The translations under genes were made by a program, and so were the position numbers. A DNA stretch of 64,000 nucleotides. It comes from Vicugna vicugna (Eukaryota). How positions within the stretch are numbered: the first letter of the stretch is position 1; the number at the start of each line of letters is the position of its first letter. Under the pieces are notes generated by a model that was not told the DNA's origin, made no database searches, and saw only the letters and a list, made by a program, of their open reading frames with translations. Shown here piece by piece: positions 12,827-23,559 of the stretch. The stretch covers positions 159,902 to 223,901 of the forward strand of contig MU058532.1 of the NCBI GenBank assembly GCA_013265495.1. The letters are read 5' to 3'.

Positions 12827-15800
12827 ACACAGTTCCAGGATGTGCCTTCAGGGGCAGAACTCACGCCCTTGGGGTTTTCTCAAGGCCAGTGACCCAGGCC
12901 CAGGGGATGGCTTCTGCACCAGTGATCCAGGCCCAGGCTATGTTTTCAGGGCGAGTGACCTAAGCCAACAGTCTGTCTACAGGGCCAATGACCAAAGCCA
13001 ATGTGTGTCTTTAGAGCCAATGACCAGAGCCAAGAGTGTGTTTTCATGACCAGTGACCCAGACCCAGAGTGTGTATCAGGGCCAGTGATGCAGGCCAAGA
13101 GTCCGTCTTCACAGCCAGTGACCCAGGCCCAGGGTTGCAATCAGTGCCAGTGACCCAGGACCAGGGTGTGTATCAAGGCCAGTGACCCAGGCCAATAATG
13201 CGCCTTCACATCCAGTGACCCAGGCCCAGATATACAATCACTGTCAGTGACCCAGGCCCAGGGTGTGTATCAGGGCCAGTGACCCAGGCCAAGAGTGCGT
13301 CTTCATGGCCAGTGACCCAGGCCCAGGGTTGCAATCAGTGCCAGTGGCCCAGGCCCAGGCCCAGGGTGAGTATCAGGGCCAGTGACCCAGAAAAAAGTGC
13401 ATCTTCATAGCCAGTGACCCAGGCCCAGGGTGTGTATCAGGGCCACTGACCCAGGCCAATAGTGTGTCTTCATGGCCAGTGGCCCAGGCCCAGGGTGTGT
13501 ATCAGGGCCAGTAACACTGTATCAAGGTTTGTACTCAGCCCCAGTGACACAAGCCCAGCTTGCTACTCCTGTGCCAGTGACCCAGGGCAAGTGTGTGTCT
13601 TCAGGGCCAGTGACCCAGTCGAAGTGTGTTTCTTCAGGGTCGCTGACCCAAGCCTAGGGTATGCAAGCAGCACCAGTTACACAGTTCCTCAGTGTTCCTT
13701 CTGGGAAAGTGACTGAGGCCCTGGGACTGCTTTCATGTCAAGTTACACCATCCCATGGTGTGCCTTCAGGGGCAGTGATGCAGGACCCCATGGTTTTCTC
13801 AAGACCAGTAACCCAGGTCCAGGAGATGGCTTCTGCCCCAGTGACCAAGGCCCAGGGTGTGTATCAGTGCCAGTGACCCAGGCCAAAAGTGCATCTTCAC
13901 GGCCAGTGACCCAGGCCCAGGGTTGCAGTCAGTGCAAGTGACCCAAATCCAGGGTGTGTATTGAGGGCCACTGACCCAGAAGATCAGTGCGTATTCATGG
14001 CCAGTGACACAGTCCAAGAGTGCGACTTCACGGCCAGCGTCCTAGGCCCAGGGTTGCAATCAGTGCCAGTGACCCTTGCCCTGGGTATCCCCTCAACCCA
14101 GTGACACAAGCAGAGCATGTTCTTTTTGTGCCAGAGACCCAGGTCCAGGGTGTGTATCAGGGCCACTGACCCAGGGCAAGAGTGAGTCCTCACGGCCAGT
14201 GAACCAGGTCAGGGTGTGTATAGGGCCAGTGACCTAGGCCAAGGGTGCAACTTCAAGGCAATTGACACAGGACCAGGGTGCAATCAGTGCCAGTGACCGA
14301 AGCCCAGGGTGTGTGTCAGGGCCTGTAACCCAGGTCAATGTGTGCCTTCATGGACAGTGACCCAGGGTAAGAGTGCGTACACGGCCAGTGACCCAGGCCC
14401 AGGGTGTGTATCAGGGCCAGTGACCCAGGCCAAGAGTGCGTCTTCAAGGCCAGTGACTTAGGACCAAGGTGCAATAGTGCCAGTGACCCAGGCCCAGGGT
14501 GTGTATCAAGGCAACTTTCCAAGGCCAAAGTGCCTATTTACGGCCAGTGTCCAAGGCCAAGAGTGTGTCTTCATGGCCAGTGATGCAGCCCCTGTGTGTA
14601 TCAGAGCCAGTGACCCAGGCCAAGAGTGCATGTTCATGGCAAGTGACCCAGGCCAAGAGTGTTTCTTCACGGCCAGTGACCCAGGCCCAGGGTTGAAATC
14701 AGTGGCAGTGGCCCAGGCCCAGGGTGTGTATCAGGGCCAGTGACCCAGGCCAAGAGTGCGTCTTCAAGGCCAGTGACCCACGCCCAGGTTCCAATTAGTG
14801 CCAGCGACCCAGGCCTAGGGTGTGTATCAGGGCCACTGACCCAGAGCATGTGTGCTTATTCATGGCCAGTGATCCAGGCCAAGAGTGCGTCTTCAAGGCC
14901 AGTGGCCCAGNNNNNNNNNNNNNNNNNNNNNNNNNNNNNNNNNNNNNNNNNNNNNNNNNNNNNNNNNNNNNNNNNNNNNNNNNNNNNNNNNNNNNNNNNN
15001 NNNNNNNNNNNNNNNNNNNNNNNNNNNNNNNNNNNNNNNNNNNNNNNNNNNNNNNNNNNNNNNNNNNNNNNNNNNNNNNNNNNNNNNNNNNATGTTCAAG
15101 GGACCCAGGCCAAGAGTGCATCTTCATGACCAGTGGCTCAGGCTGAGTAAATCATCACGGCCAGAGACCCAGGCCCAGGGTTGCAATCACTGACAGTGGC
15201 CCTGTCCCATGGTATGCCCTCAGCCCCAGAGACACAAAAACAGCGCTTTATTTCTGTGCCAGTGACCAAGGCCAAGTGTGTGTTTAGGGCCACTGAACCA
15301 GGCCAAGAGTGCGACTTCACGGCCAGTGTCCCAGGCCCAGGGTTGCAATCAGTGCCAGTGACCCTTGCCCTGGGTATCCCCTCAACCCAGTGACACAAGC
15401 AGAGCATGTTCCTTTTGTGCCAGAGACCCAGGCCAAGTGTGTGTTTAGGGCCACTGACCCAGGCCAAGAGTACATCTTCACGGCCAGTGACCCAGGCCCA
15501 GGGTTGCAATCAGTGCCAGTGACCCAGGCCCGGGGTACGCCCTTAGCCCCAATGACACAAGCATGGCGTGTTACTTCTGTACCAGTGACCCAGGCCAAGT
15601 GTGTGTTCAGGGCCAACAACCCAAGCCAAGTGTGTGCCTTCAGGCCAAGTGACCCAGTCTAAGTGTGTTTCTTCAGGGTCACTGACCGAGGCCAATGGCT
15701 GTGTGCAGCACCAGTCTCACAGTCCCTTGATGTTTCTAGATTCTTGGAAAGTGACCGAGGCCCTGGGAATGGTTTCATGTCATTACCAAGTCCCAGGTTG

Positions 15801-16275
15801 TGCCTTCAGGGACAGTGTCCCAGGCCCATGGGATGGCTTCTGCCAGTTACCAGGCCTAGGCTGTGTTTTCGGGGCCAGTGACCTAAGCCTAGAGTGTATG
15901 TCTAGGGCCACTGACCAAAGCCAAGTGTGTGTCTTTAGGGCCAGTGACCCAGGCTAAGAGTGTGTCTTCACGGCCAGTGACTCAGGCCCAGGGTGTGTAT
16001 CAGGGCCAGTGACCCTGGCTATGATTGCGTCTTCAGGGCCAGTGACCCAGGCCCCAGGGTCTTCTCAAGGCCAGTGGCTCAGGCCCTGTGGATGGCTTCT
16101 GCACCAGTGACCCAGGCCCAGGCTGATTTCTCGGGGCCAGTGACACAAACCAGGAATGTTTCTCTATGGCCACAGACTAAAGCCAAGTGTGTGTCTTTAG
16201 GGCCAGTGACCATGGCCAAGAGTGTCTCTCCACGGCCAGTGTCCCAGACCCAAAGTTGTCATCAGGGCCAGTGAA
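12826..16275 (+). repeat. Satellite array, left arm (32-33-bp monomer, core CCAGTGACCCAGGC), interrupted by a gap
   Basis: Tandem monomers such as CCAGTGACCCAGGCCCAGGGTGTGTATCAGGG (32 bp) and CCAGTGACCCAGGCCAAGAGTGCGTCTTCATGG (33 bp). Confidence 0.95.
14911..15091. other. Assembly gap inside the satellite arm
   Basis: Run of N. Confidence 1.
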
Positions 16276-16286
16276 CCTCTCCGCCC

Positions 16287-16295
16287 ACTCACCAG
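16287..16295 (-). promoter_or_regulatory. Candidate 5' splice site CTG|GTGAGT (leftward transcript)
   Basis: Plus strand ACTCACCAG; strong match to the donor consensus; mirror position of the donor at 17316. Confidence 0.55.
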
Positions 16296-16774
16296 ATTGT
16301 CCCCCGACCTTAAAGTCGCTGGTCGGGGTGTCCCAGCACCAGGAGGACCTTAGCTGGCAACTTGGTAGGGTGGAAGGACTGCATAGTGCGGAGAACGACA
16401 CAGGGGGCCAACAGGTAGCGCCAGAAAGCAGACAAGACCATCAAGCAAGACTCGTCCCTGGTGAGCCAGGCCTGGAGAGAGGAAAATTTTCTCTCCAACT
16501 TCCCGACTCCGAGCCGGCGGGGGGCGGGGGGGGGGTGCGTCCAGGCGCCCGGGCCTAGCGCTGCGGGGCCTGGGCCGGCCGCTTCTGCCTTCGGGTTGCG
16601 TGGAGGGGGCGGTGGGCAGAGGCAAGGCCCGCGGGCCCTCTCCCTCCTCCACCCCTAGCCCCGGGCTCGAGGTCGCGCACTAGCTTCTTCACCGGGAGTG
16701 AACTTCCCGGTTCTGCTCCTTCGCGAGGCGTGGCACCGCGCCACTTTCGGTTTGCCCTGCTCTCGCGCGAGCGG

Positions 16775-16835
16775 CCCGCCCGCAAACCGGAAGTCACGCG
16801 CGCTCCCCGCCCACAAAGCGGAAGTCCTGCGCGCG
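16775..16835 (+). promoter_or_regulatory. Tandem 31-bp module: GC box + ETS (GABPA/ELK-type) site + CG-repeat motif, two copies
   Basis: CCCGCCC at 16775 and 16806; CCGGAAGT at 16787-16794 and GCGGAAGT at 16818-16825; each followed by CGCGCG. Confidence 0.7.
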
Positions 16836-17312
16836 ACCTGCTTGCAAACCAAAAGCCGCGTGGCGCCCCGCCTCGCGAAGGAGGAGAGCCGGGAAGTTCA
16901 ATCCCGGTGAAGAAGCTAAGGTGCGGCCGCCTGTGCAGCCGTCTTTGCGGCCGGGAGCCCGGGGCTAGGAGGTGGAGGAGGGAGAGGGCCCGCGGGCCTC
17001 GCCTCCGCCCGCCGCTCTGTCCACGCAACCCGAGGGCAGAAGCGGCCGGCCCCGGCACCCGGACGCGCCGCCCCCACCAGCCGCCGCCGGCTCGGAGTCG
17101 GGAAGTTGGTGAGAAACTTCTCTGCTCTCCGGGCCTGGATGGCCAGGGGCCCGGCTTGTCCTATGGTCGTGTCTGCTTTCTAGCGCTGCCTCCTGGTCTC
17201 CTGCGTCGGTCTCGAGCCAGTGTGGTCCTTCCAGGTCCCGCCGAGGTGCCACCTAAGGTCCTCCTGGCGCTGGGACATCCCAATGCCCGACTTTAAGGTT
17301 GTGTGACCACCC

Positions 17313-17321
17313 GCGGTGAGG
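17313..17321 (+). promoter_or_regulatory. Candidate 5' splice site GCG|GTGAGG (rightward transcript)
   Basis: GT at 17316-17317, about 20 bp before the right satellite arm; symmetric with the minus-strand donor at 16292. Confidence 0.5.
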
Positions 17322-17334
17322 GAGCAGCAAGTTT

Positions 17335-20300
17335 CACTGGCGCTGATGGCAGCCCTGGGTCTGGGTTACTGGCCGTTAAGATGCACTTTTGGCCATAATC
17401 AGCGGCCCTAAAGACACACACTTGGCTTGGGTCAGTGGCTCTAGAGAAACAGCCCTGGCTTCAGTCACTGGCCCCGAATATACAGCCTGGGCCTGGGTCA
17501 CTGGCACAGAAGCCATCCGCTGGGCCTGGGTCACTAGCCTTGAGAAGAACCCGTGGGCCTGAGTAACTGGCTCTAAAGAAACATACTTGGCTTTGGTCAG
17601 TGGCCCTACAGATGCATTCTTCGCTTGGGTCACTGGCCCTGAAAACACAGCCTGGGCCTGGGTCACTGGCGCAGAAGCCATACCCTGGGCCTGGGTCACT
17701 GGCATTGAGAAGATCCCGGGAGCCTGGGTCACTGCCCCTGAAGGCACACCCTGGGACTGTGTAACTTGACATGAAAGCAGTCCCAGGGCCTCAGTCACTT
17801 TCCTAGAATCTAGAAACACCGATGGACTGTTTCACTGCTGCTGCATGCATACCCTTGGACTGGGTCAGTGATCCTGAAGAAACACACTTCGACTGGGTCA
17901 CTGGCCTTGAAGATACACACTTGGCTTGGGTCAGTGGCCCTGAACACACACTTGGCCTGGGTCACTGGCATAGAAGTAGCACGCTGTGTTTGTTTCACTG
18001 AGAATGAGGGCATACACCGGGCCTGGGTCACTGGCACCGATTGCAAACCTGGGCCTGGGTTCCTGGCCGTGAAGATGCACTCTAGGCCTGGGTCACTGTC
18101 ACTGATACACACCCTGGGCCTGGGTCACTGGCTGTGAAGATGACCTTTTGGCCTTGGTCACTGGCCCTAAAGACACACACTAAGACACACACTTGGCTTT
18201 GGTCAGTGGCCCTAGGGACACACTCTTGGCTTGGGTCACTGGCCCCGAAAACACAGCCTGGGCCTGGGTCACTGGCCTTGAGAAGACCCCGGGGGCCTGG
18301 GTCACTGCCCCTAAAGGCACACCCTGGGACTGTGTAAGTTGACATGAAAGCAGTCCCAGGGCCTCCGTCACTTTCCTAGAAACTAGGAACACCGAGGGAC
18401 TGTGTGACTGTTGCTCACGCATACCCTTGGCCTGGGTCAGTGACCATGAAGAAACACACTTTGACTGGGTCACTGGCCCTGAAGACACACACTTGGCTTG
18501 GGTCTGTGGACCTGAAAAGACACTTGGCCTGGGTGACTGGCACAGAAGTATCACGCTGTGCTTGTGTCACTGGAGCTGAGGGCATGTCCCGGGCCTGGTA
18601 TACTGGCCCTAATATACACCCTGGGCCTGGGTCACTGGCCGTGAAGACTCACTCTTGGTCTGGGTCACTGTCCCTAAAGACGCATACTTTGATTTGGTCA
18701 GTGGCCCTAGAGACACACACATGGCTTGGGTCACTGGTCCCCAAAACACAGCCTGGTCCTGGGTCAATGGCTTAGAAGACATCCCCTGGGCCTGGGTCAC
18801 AGGCCTTGAAGATGCACTCTTGTCCTGGGTCACTGCCCCTGATATACACCCTGGGACTGGGTCAGTGGCCGATAAGACGCACACTTGGCTTTGGTCAGTG
18901 GCCCTAGGGACACACTCTTGGCTTGGGTCACTGGCCCCAAAAACATAGCCTGGGCCTTGATCACTGGTGCAGAAGCCATACCCTGGGCCTGGGTCACTGG
19001 CCTTGAGAAGACCCTGGTGGCCTGGGTCACTGCCCCTGAAGGCACATCCTGGGACTGTGTAACTTCACATGAAAGCAGTCCCAGGGTCCTCGGTCACTTT
19101 CCTAGAAGGAACACTGAGGGACTGTGTCACTGGTCTGAACGCACACACTTGGCCTCTGTCACTGACCCTGAAGAAACACACTTAGATTGGATCACTGGCC
19201 CTGAAGACACACACTTGGCTTGGGTCACTGGCATGGATATCACACGCTGTGCTTGTGTCACTGGGACTGAGGGCATACACTGGGCCTGGGTCACTGGCAC
19301 CGATTGTAACCCTGGTCCTTGGTCCCTGGTCGTGAAGATGCACTCTTGGCCTGGGTCACTGGCCCTGATACACACCCTGGGCCTGGGTCAGTGTCTGTAA
19401 TGACGCACTCTTGGCTTTGGTCAGTGGCCCTAGAAACACACTCTTGGCTTGGGTCACTGGCCACAAAAACACAGCCTGGGCCTGGGTCACTGGTGCAGAA
19501 GCTATCCCCTGGGCCTGGGTCACTGGCCTTGAGAAGATCCCGGGGGCCTGGGTCACTGCCCCTAAAGGCACACCCTGGGACTGTGTAAGTTGACATGAAA
19601 GCAGTCCCAGGGCCACAGTCACTTTCCTAGAAACTAGGAACACCGAGGGACAGTGTGACTGTTGCTCACGCATACCCTTGGCCTGGGTCAGTGACCCTGA
19701 AGAACACACTTAGACTGGGTCAGTGGCCCTGAACACACACTTGGCCTGGGTCACTGGCATAGAAGTAGCACGCTATGTTTGTGTCACTGAGGCTGAGGGC
19801 ATACCCACGTCCTGGTCCCCTGGTCATGAAGGTACACCCTTGACCTGGGTCACTGATGCTGAAGACACCCTGTTGGCCTTGGTCAATGGCCCTGAAGACA
19901 CACCCTGGGCCTGGGTGTGTTGCCTGAAGGTCAACCATGGGCTTGGGTCAATGGCCTTTAAACACACACTGGGACTGAGTGACTGGCCCTAAAAGCACAC
20001 ACTGGGCCTGGGTCACTGACCCTGAGTGTATAAGCTTGCTTAGTTCAATGGTGCTGAAGGTACAGCCTATTCCTTGGTCCCTGGCACCGAAGACAGACAT
20101 GGGCCTGGGTCACTGTTCCTGAAGGCACACACTGGTCTTTGGTCCCTGAAATCACAACATTAGCCTGAGCACTTGCCCTGAAGACACACCCTGGACCTAG
20201 GTCACTGGTACATAGGCACACCCTGGGCCTGGGTCACTGGCACCAAATCGACACCCTTTGCCTGTTTTAATTACGCAGAATGTATACCCTGCACCACTGC

Positions 20301-20935
20301 CTCTGAAGTCACACCCTGGGCCTCTGTGTCTATCTGTAAACTGCCACCCTTGGGCTTGGTCACTGGCATAGAAAGCACACCCATAACCTGGGTCTCTCTC
20401 ACAGCAGGCACATGTTTGACCTGGGTCAGCAGCCCTCAAAGCACACCCTGGTCCTGGGTTACAGACACTGAAGACAGACACGGGCCTGGGTCACTGTTCC
20501 TGAAGGCACAACCTTTGCCTGGGTTACTACCCTAGAGTCACAACATTGGCCTTGTTCACTGGCCTTGAAGACACACCATCCACCTGGGTGAGTGGTGTTG
20601 AAGGCACACCCTGGACGTGGTTCACTGTCCCTAAAGGCACACCCTTGGCCTTGGTCTCTGGCTCTGAAGGCACACACGTATCCTAGGTCCTTGGCCGTAA
20701 AGTCATACACTTGGCATTAGTCACTGGCCTTCAAGCCATACCCTGATCTGGGGTCACTGGTGCAGAGGTCACACTATGGTCCTGGGTTATTGGTGCTGAA
20801 GCACACCCTGGGCCTGGGTCAAGGCACTGATGGCAACACTGGGTCTGGTTCACTGGCCCTGATACTCACCCTGGGCCTCAGTGACTGGCACTCAGGGCAC
20901 TCCCTGGACCTGGGTCAGTGGTCCTGAAGGCTCAC
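17335..20935 (-). repeat. Satellite array, right arm (reverse complement of left arm); distal ~19800-20935 more degenerate
   Basis: Tandem GCCTGGGTCACTGG-core monomers; higher-order marker GTAACTTGACATGAAAGCAGTCCCAGGG (with variants) at ~17760, 18333, 19058, 19584. Confidence 0.95.
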
Positions 20936-20944
20936 TAAAGTATA

Positions 20945-21600
20945 GGTATTGGATTTTATTGAGTGTTTTCTGCAAAAATCAAGATAATGATAATGTTGTT
21001 CTCCTTTATTCTAGAGATGTTAAAAACTACATTGACAAATTATTTTTTGACATTGAGCCATTATTGCCTTCCTGAGATAAAGCTTAATTAGTTATAATTT
21101 TTTCTTAATATGCGATTAGGGTCAGATTATGGAAACATATTATTTATTTCTCAAAAATCTGAAGAGCTTACCTATGAAATGGTCTGGGCCTGAAGCTGCC
21201 AGGTTTTGATATGCAGTGTCGTTGTTAGTCTGCTGCTAAGTATTTTGTAATCTCTCTTTCATCTTTATTTTCAATCTAAGCATATTTATTAGTATGTTCT
21301 TTGGTTTCCAGTTACATGGGATTTGTAAAAATACTCATTTAATATTGATTTCTAATTTTTTATATGATAATAGAATATACTATACATCATCAATATGCAT
21401 AATTATATATATATAATATTGCTTCCGTAGAACTCATTGAGGTACATTGTCAATTTTTATAGATTCCACACTTCCTTGAAAAGAGTGTGTCTTCTCTTTG
21501 TTAGGTGTTGAATCCTATCTAGAACTGATAGTTCAAGCTTTCTACATATGCTTGCTCATGACTTTTGCCTTCCTGAGCCATTAGAGTTTGGGAAAGGTGT
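20945..21600 (-). mobile_element. Highly diverged old L1 fragment(s)
   Basis: AT-rich; TTGGATTTTATTGAGTGTTTTCTGCA...TTGAGCCA...CCTGAGATAAA resembles reverse-strand L1 ORF2. Confidence 0.4.
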
Positions 21601-23339
21601 GCTAAATCACTGGCTCTGGAGTGACCTGGGATGAACGTTTATTTTTTATTTCCCCCCCATGTTTAAAAGGTGAAAAATCGGCCTTAATCTCTACTCTTTA
21701 TCTATTGATTTTGGTTTAAACTGATTCATTAAAAATTCTTTTGTCCCAAACCAGTGATTCTGGTTTTATTGTAAATCATGCACAATGTGCTCTGCATGCT
21801 CTGATCTTCCCTCTCCTATCAACGGTTTGCCCTGCCAGAGAATCTCTAATGAAGTCGATTTGAGGTAAAATGTCTGTTGGGGCTCACCTGACCATTCCTG
21901 AAGTATTTTCAAATTAGGGGCTGAGGCTGACGTCCCCTGCGTGTTTTGTGGACATCTTGGCCACTTCTCCAACCATGAAATAAGCAAGAGTAACGAACCC
22001 CACGCTCCAGTCTGTGGTTTGATACAAGGAACCTCAGCATTTCAAGGCCACTTTGAGGAGGCTAGAGCATCAGATGAAACCCAGAGAAAGGCAGTTGTTA
22101 GTAGGTGAGGGTGGGAGAGTGCACGCAGGCAACCTTCCACCACCACCCGTGAGAGGAGACGAGCACAGGGCTCTCAACACCCCCCCCCCACCGCCCGGCC
22201 CAGCTCAGGGCTCCTCACGCTGCACACTCACCTCACACAAATAGAGCATCAGGTGGGGCTCAAACCATCAAGCTATCATTCTCAGAAAAGCCTTCAATTT
22301 TCTCAACCTAGGTTTCTTATCCCCAAAGTGAGAATCATAGAGGGTTTATGGGAATGTGTGGGGTTATCTTTGACACCACGAGTGGGGAGAGGGCTCTGGC
22401 CTTTAAGGCAGAGGAGACTGGGAAGCTAAGTATCCTGTGACACAGGGTTTCAGTCCCACACACGAGGGATTGCCCAGGTGAGCAGGTGTCCCTTGTAAGG
22501 CACTCAGATGAATGGTTCGCTGTCTGGCATTTGATGCTTCTAGGATCATTTCTAATGAGGCATCTTAATAAAACTACCAGAAGGCACCCCTGATGACCCA
22601 CCACAGGTCTGCTACCTCTGACTCTGCACATACAGGTTAGTATTTCCAGACGGTGTCGGCATCATGAATTTATTAACTGCTGACTAGAAATCTGCTCTTC
22701 CTTCTTCTCTGCCCTGAACTGGGTCTTTCATGCTTCAAGGGTGCCCACTGTCTCCCCTGTGGATACTGCAGCTTTGGGATGCACTGGCCAGGGCCGGCCT
22801 CAGCCAGGACCTGATGTCATGGCCCCATGATGTCCATGGAACACGGAGTGGCTTTGTGTCCACAGATGGTTGAAACAAGCCTTTTACTGCAGACTCAGCC
22901 TTGATAGGCATGCCCAGGGAAAGGACAGAAAACTCAAGGGTCACTTTCAACAAAGATCCAAGGACTTGCCCCATGGAAGAGACAGCTCATTTACTAATTG
23001 AGAAAGAAGCATACAAATCCAATCAGGAAGTAATTGGATTTGAAGGCTTAAAACCTGGGATTGAATGTGGGTGCAGGAAATCCTTTCCATTTAAACATCA
23101 AGAAAAATAGAGCCTGCAGCTGCAAGAGACAAAGCTACCTGAAAACAATGTAATAACAAACAAGCAGAAAAATCAAGGACACTGTCACCTTCGCTTTGCG
23201 CTTGGGGACGCTTTTTATTAGCCTGCTGGGTTTAACCTGCTACTGGTGACTTTTAACACTTAGACAAAGTCATTGATCAAAACATCTGTTCACATGTGAA
23301 TCCAGCTGGTGAGCCAAGAAATTAAGTAAATCTACCAGG

Positions 23340-23450
23340 AGTAGAGGGTGGAGAGAGACAGAAAGGGAGGGAAAGGGGAGGGAAGAGGAAGGGAAGGGAG
23401 GCCGGAGAGGAGGAGAAAAGGAGGAGGGTGGGGGTAGGGAGTGGGAGTGA
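23340..23450 (+). repeat. Purine-rich (GA/GGGA) low-complexity tract
   Basis: GGGAGGGAAAGGGGAGGGAAGAGGAAGGGAAGGGAG... Confidence 0.8.
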
Positions 23451-23559
23451 GATCAGAGCTCAAATCCATAGGTTCAGGGTTTTCCTAAATTATTAGTCTC
23501 CCCCTTTGATGGAGAATAAAAAAAAAAAGAGCATCAACTTTACTGAGGATTAAAAACAG

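Larger units (their letters stand above)
16276..17335. promoter_or_regulatory. Palindromic CpG island; putative bidirectional promoter
   Basis: Very GC/CpG-rich. Mirror blocks: 16681-16710 vs 16889-16918 (1 mismatch in 30), 16625-16668 vs 16955-16999 (1 indel), 16495-16520 vs 17084-17109 (exact), 16308-16318 vs 17288-17298. Central GC-box and ETS motifs. Confidence 0.8.

Noticed and set aside
16350..17296. Long Arg/Pro/Gly-rich ORFs across the CpG island (up to 188 aa)
   Set aside because: Expected from high GC content; they start at GTG/TTG or mid-island, are not preserved in frame between arms, and show no recognisable domain.
12826..20935. CRISPR-like alternation of constant repeat and variable spacer
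   Set aside because: The linkers are short, recurrent and related to each other rather than unique; there are no cas genes, and the context is mammalian.
12826..20935. ORFs with 11-aa repeats (PVTQAQG..., ASDPGPG..., GSLALKTH...)
   Set aside because: They appear in several frames on both strands and are broken by 32-bp monomers and stops; this is a by-product of the 33-bp periodicity.
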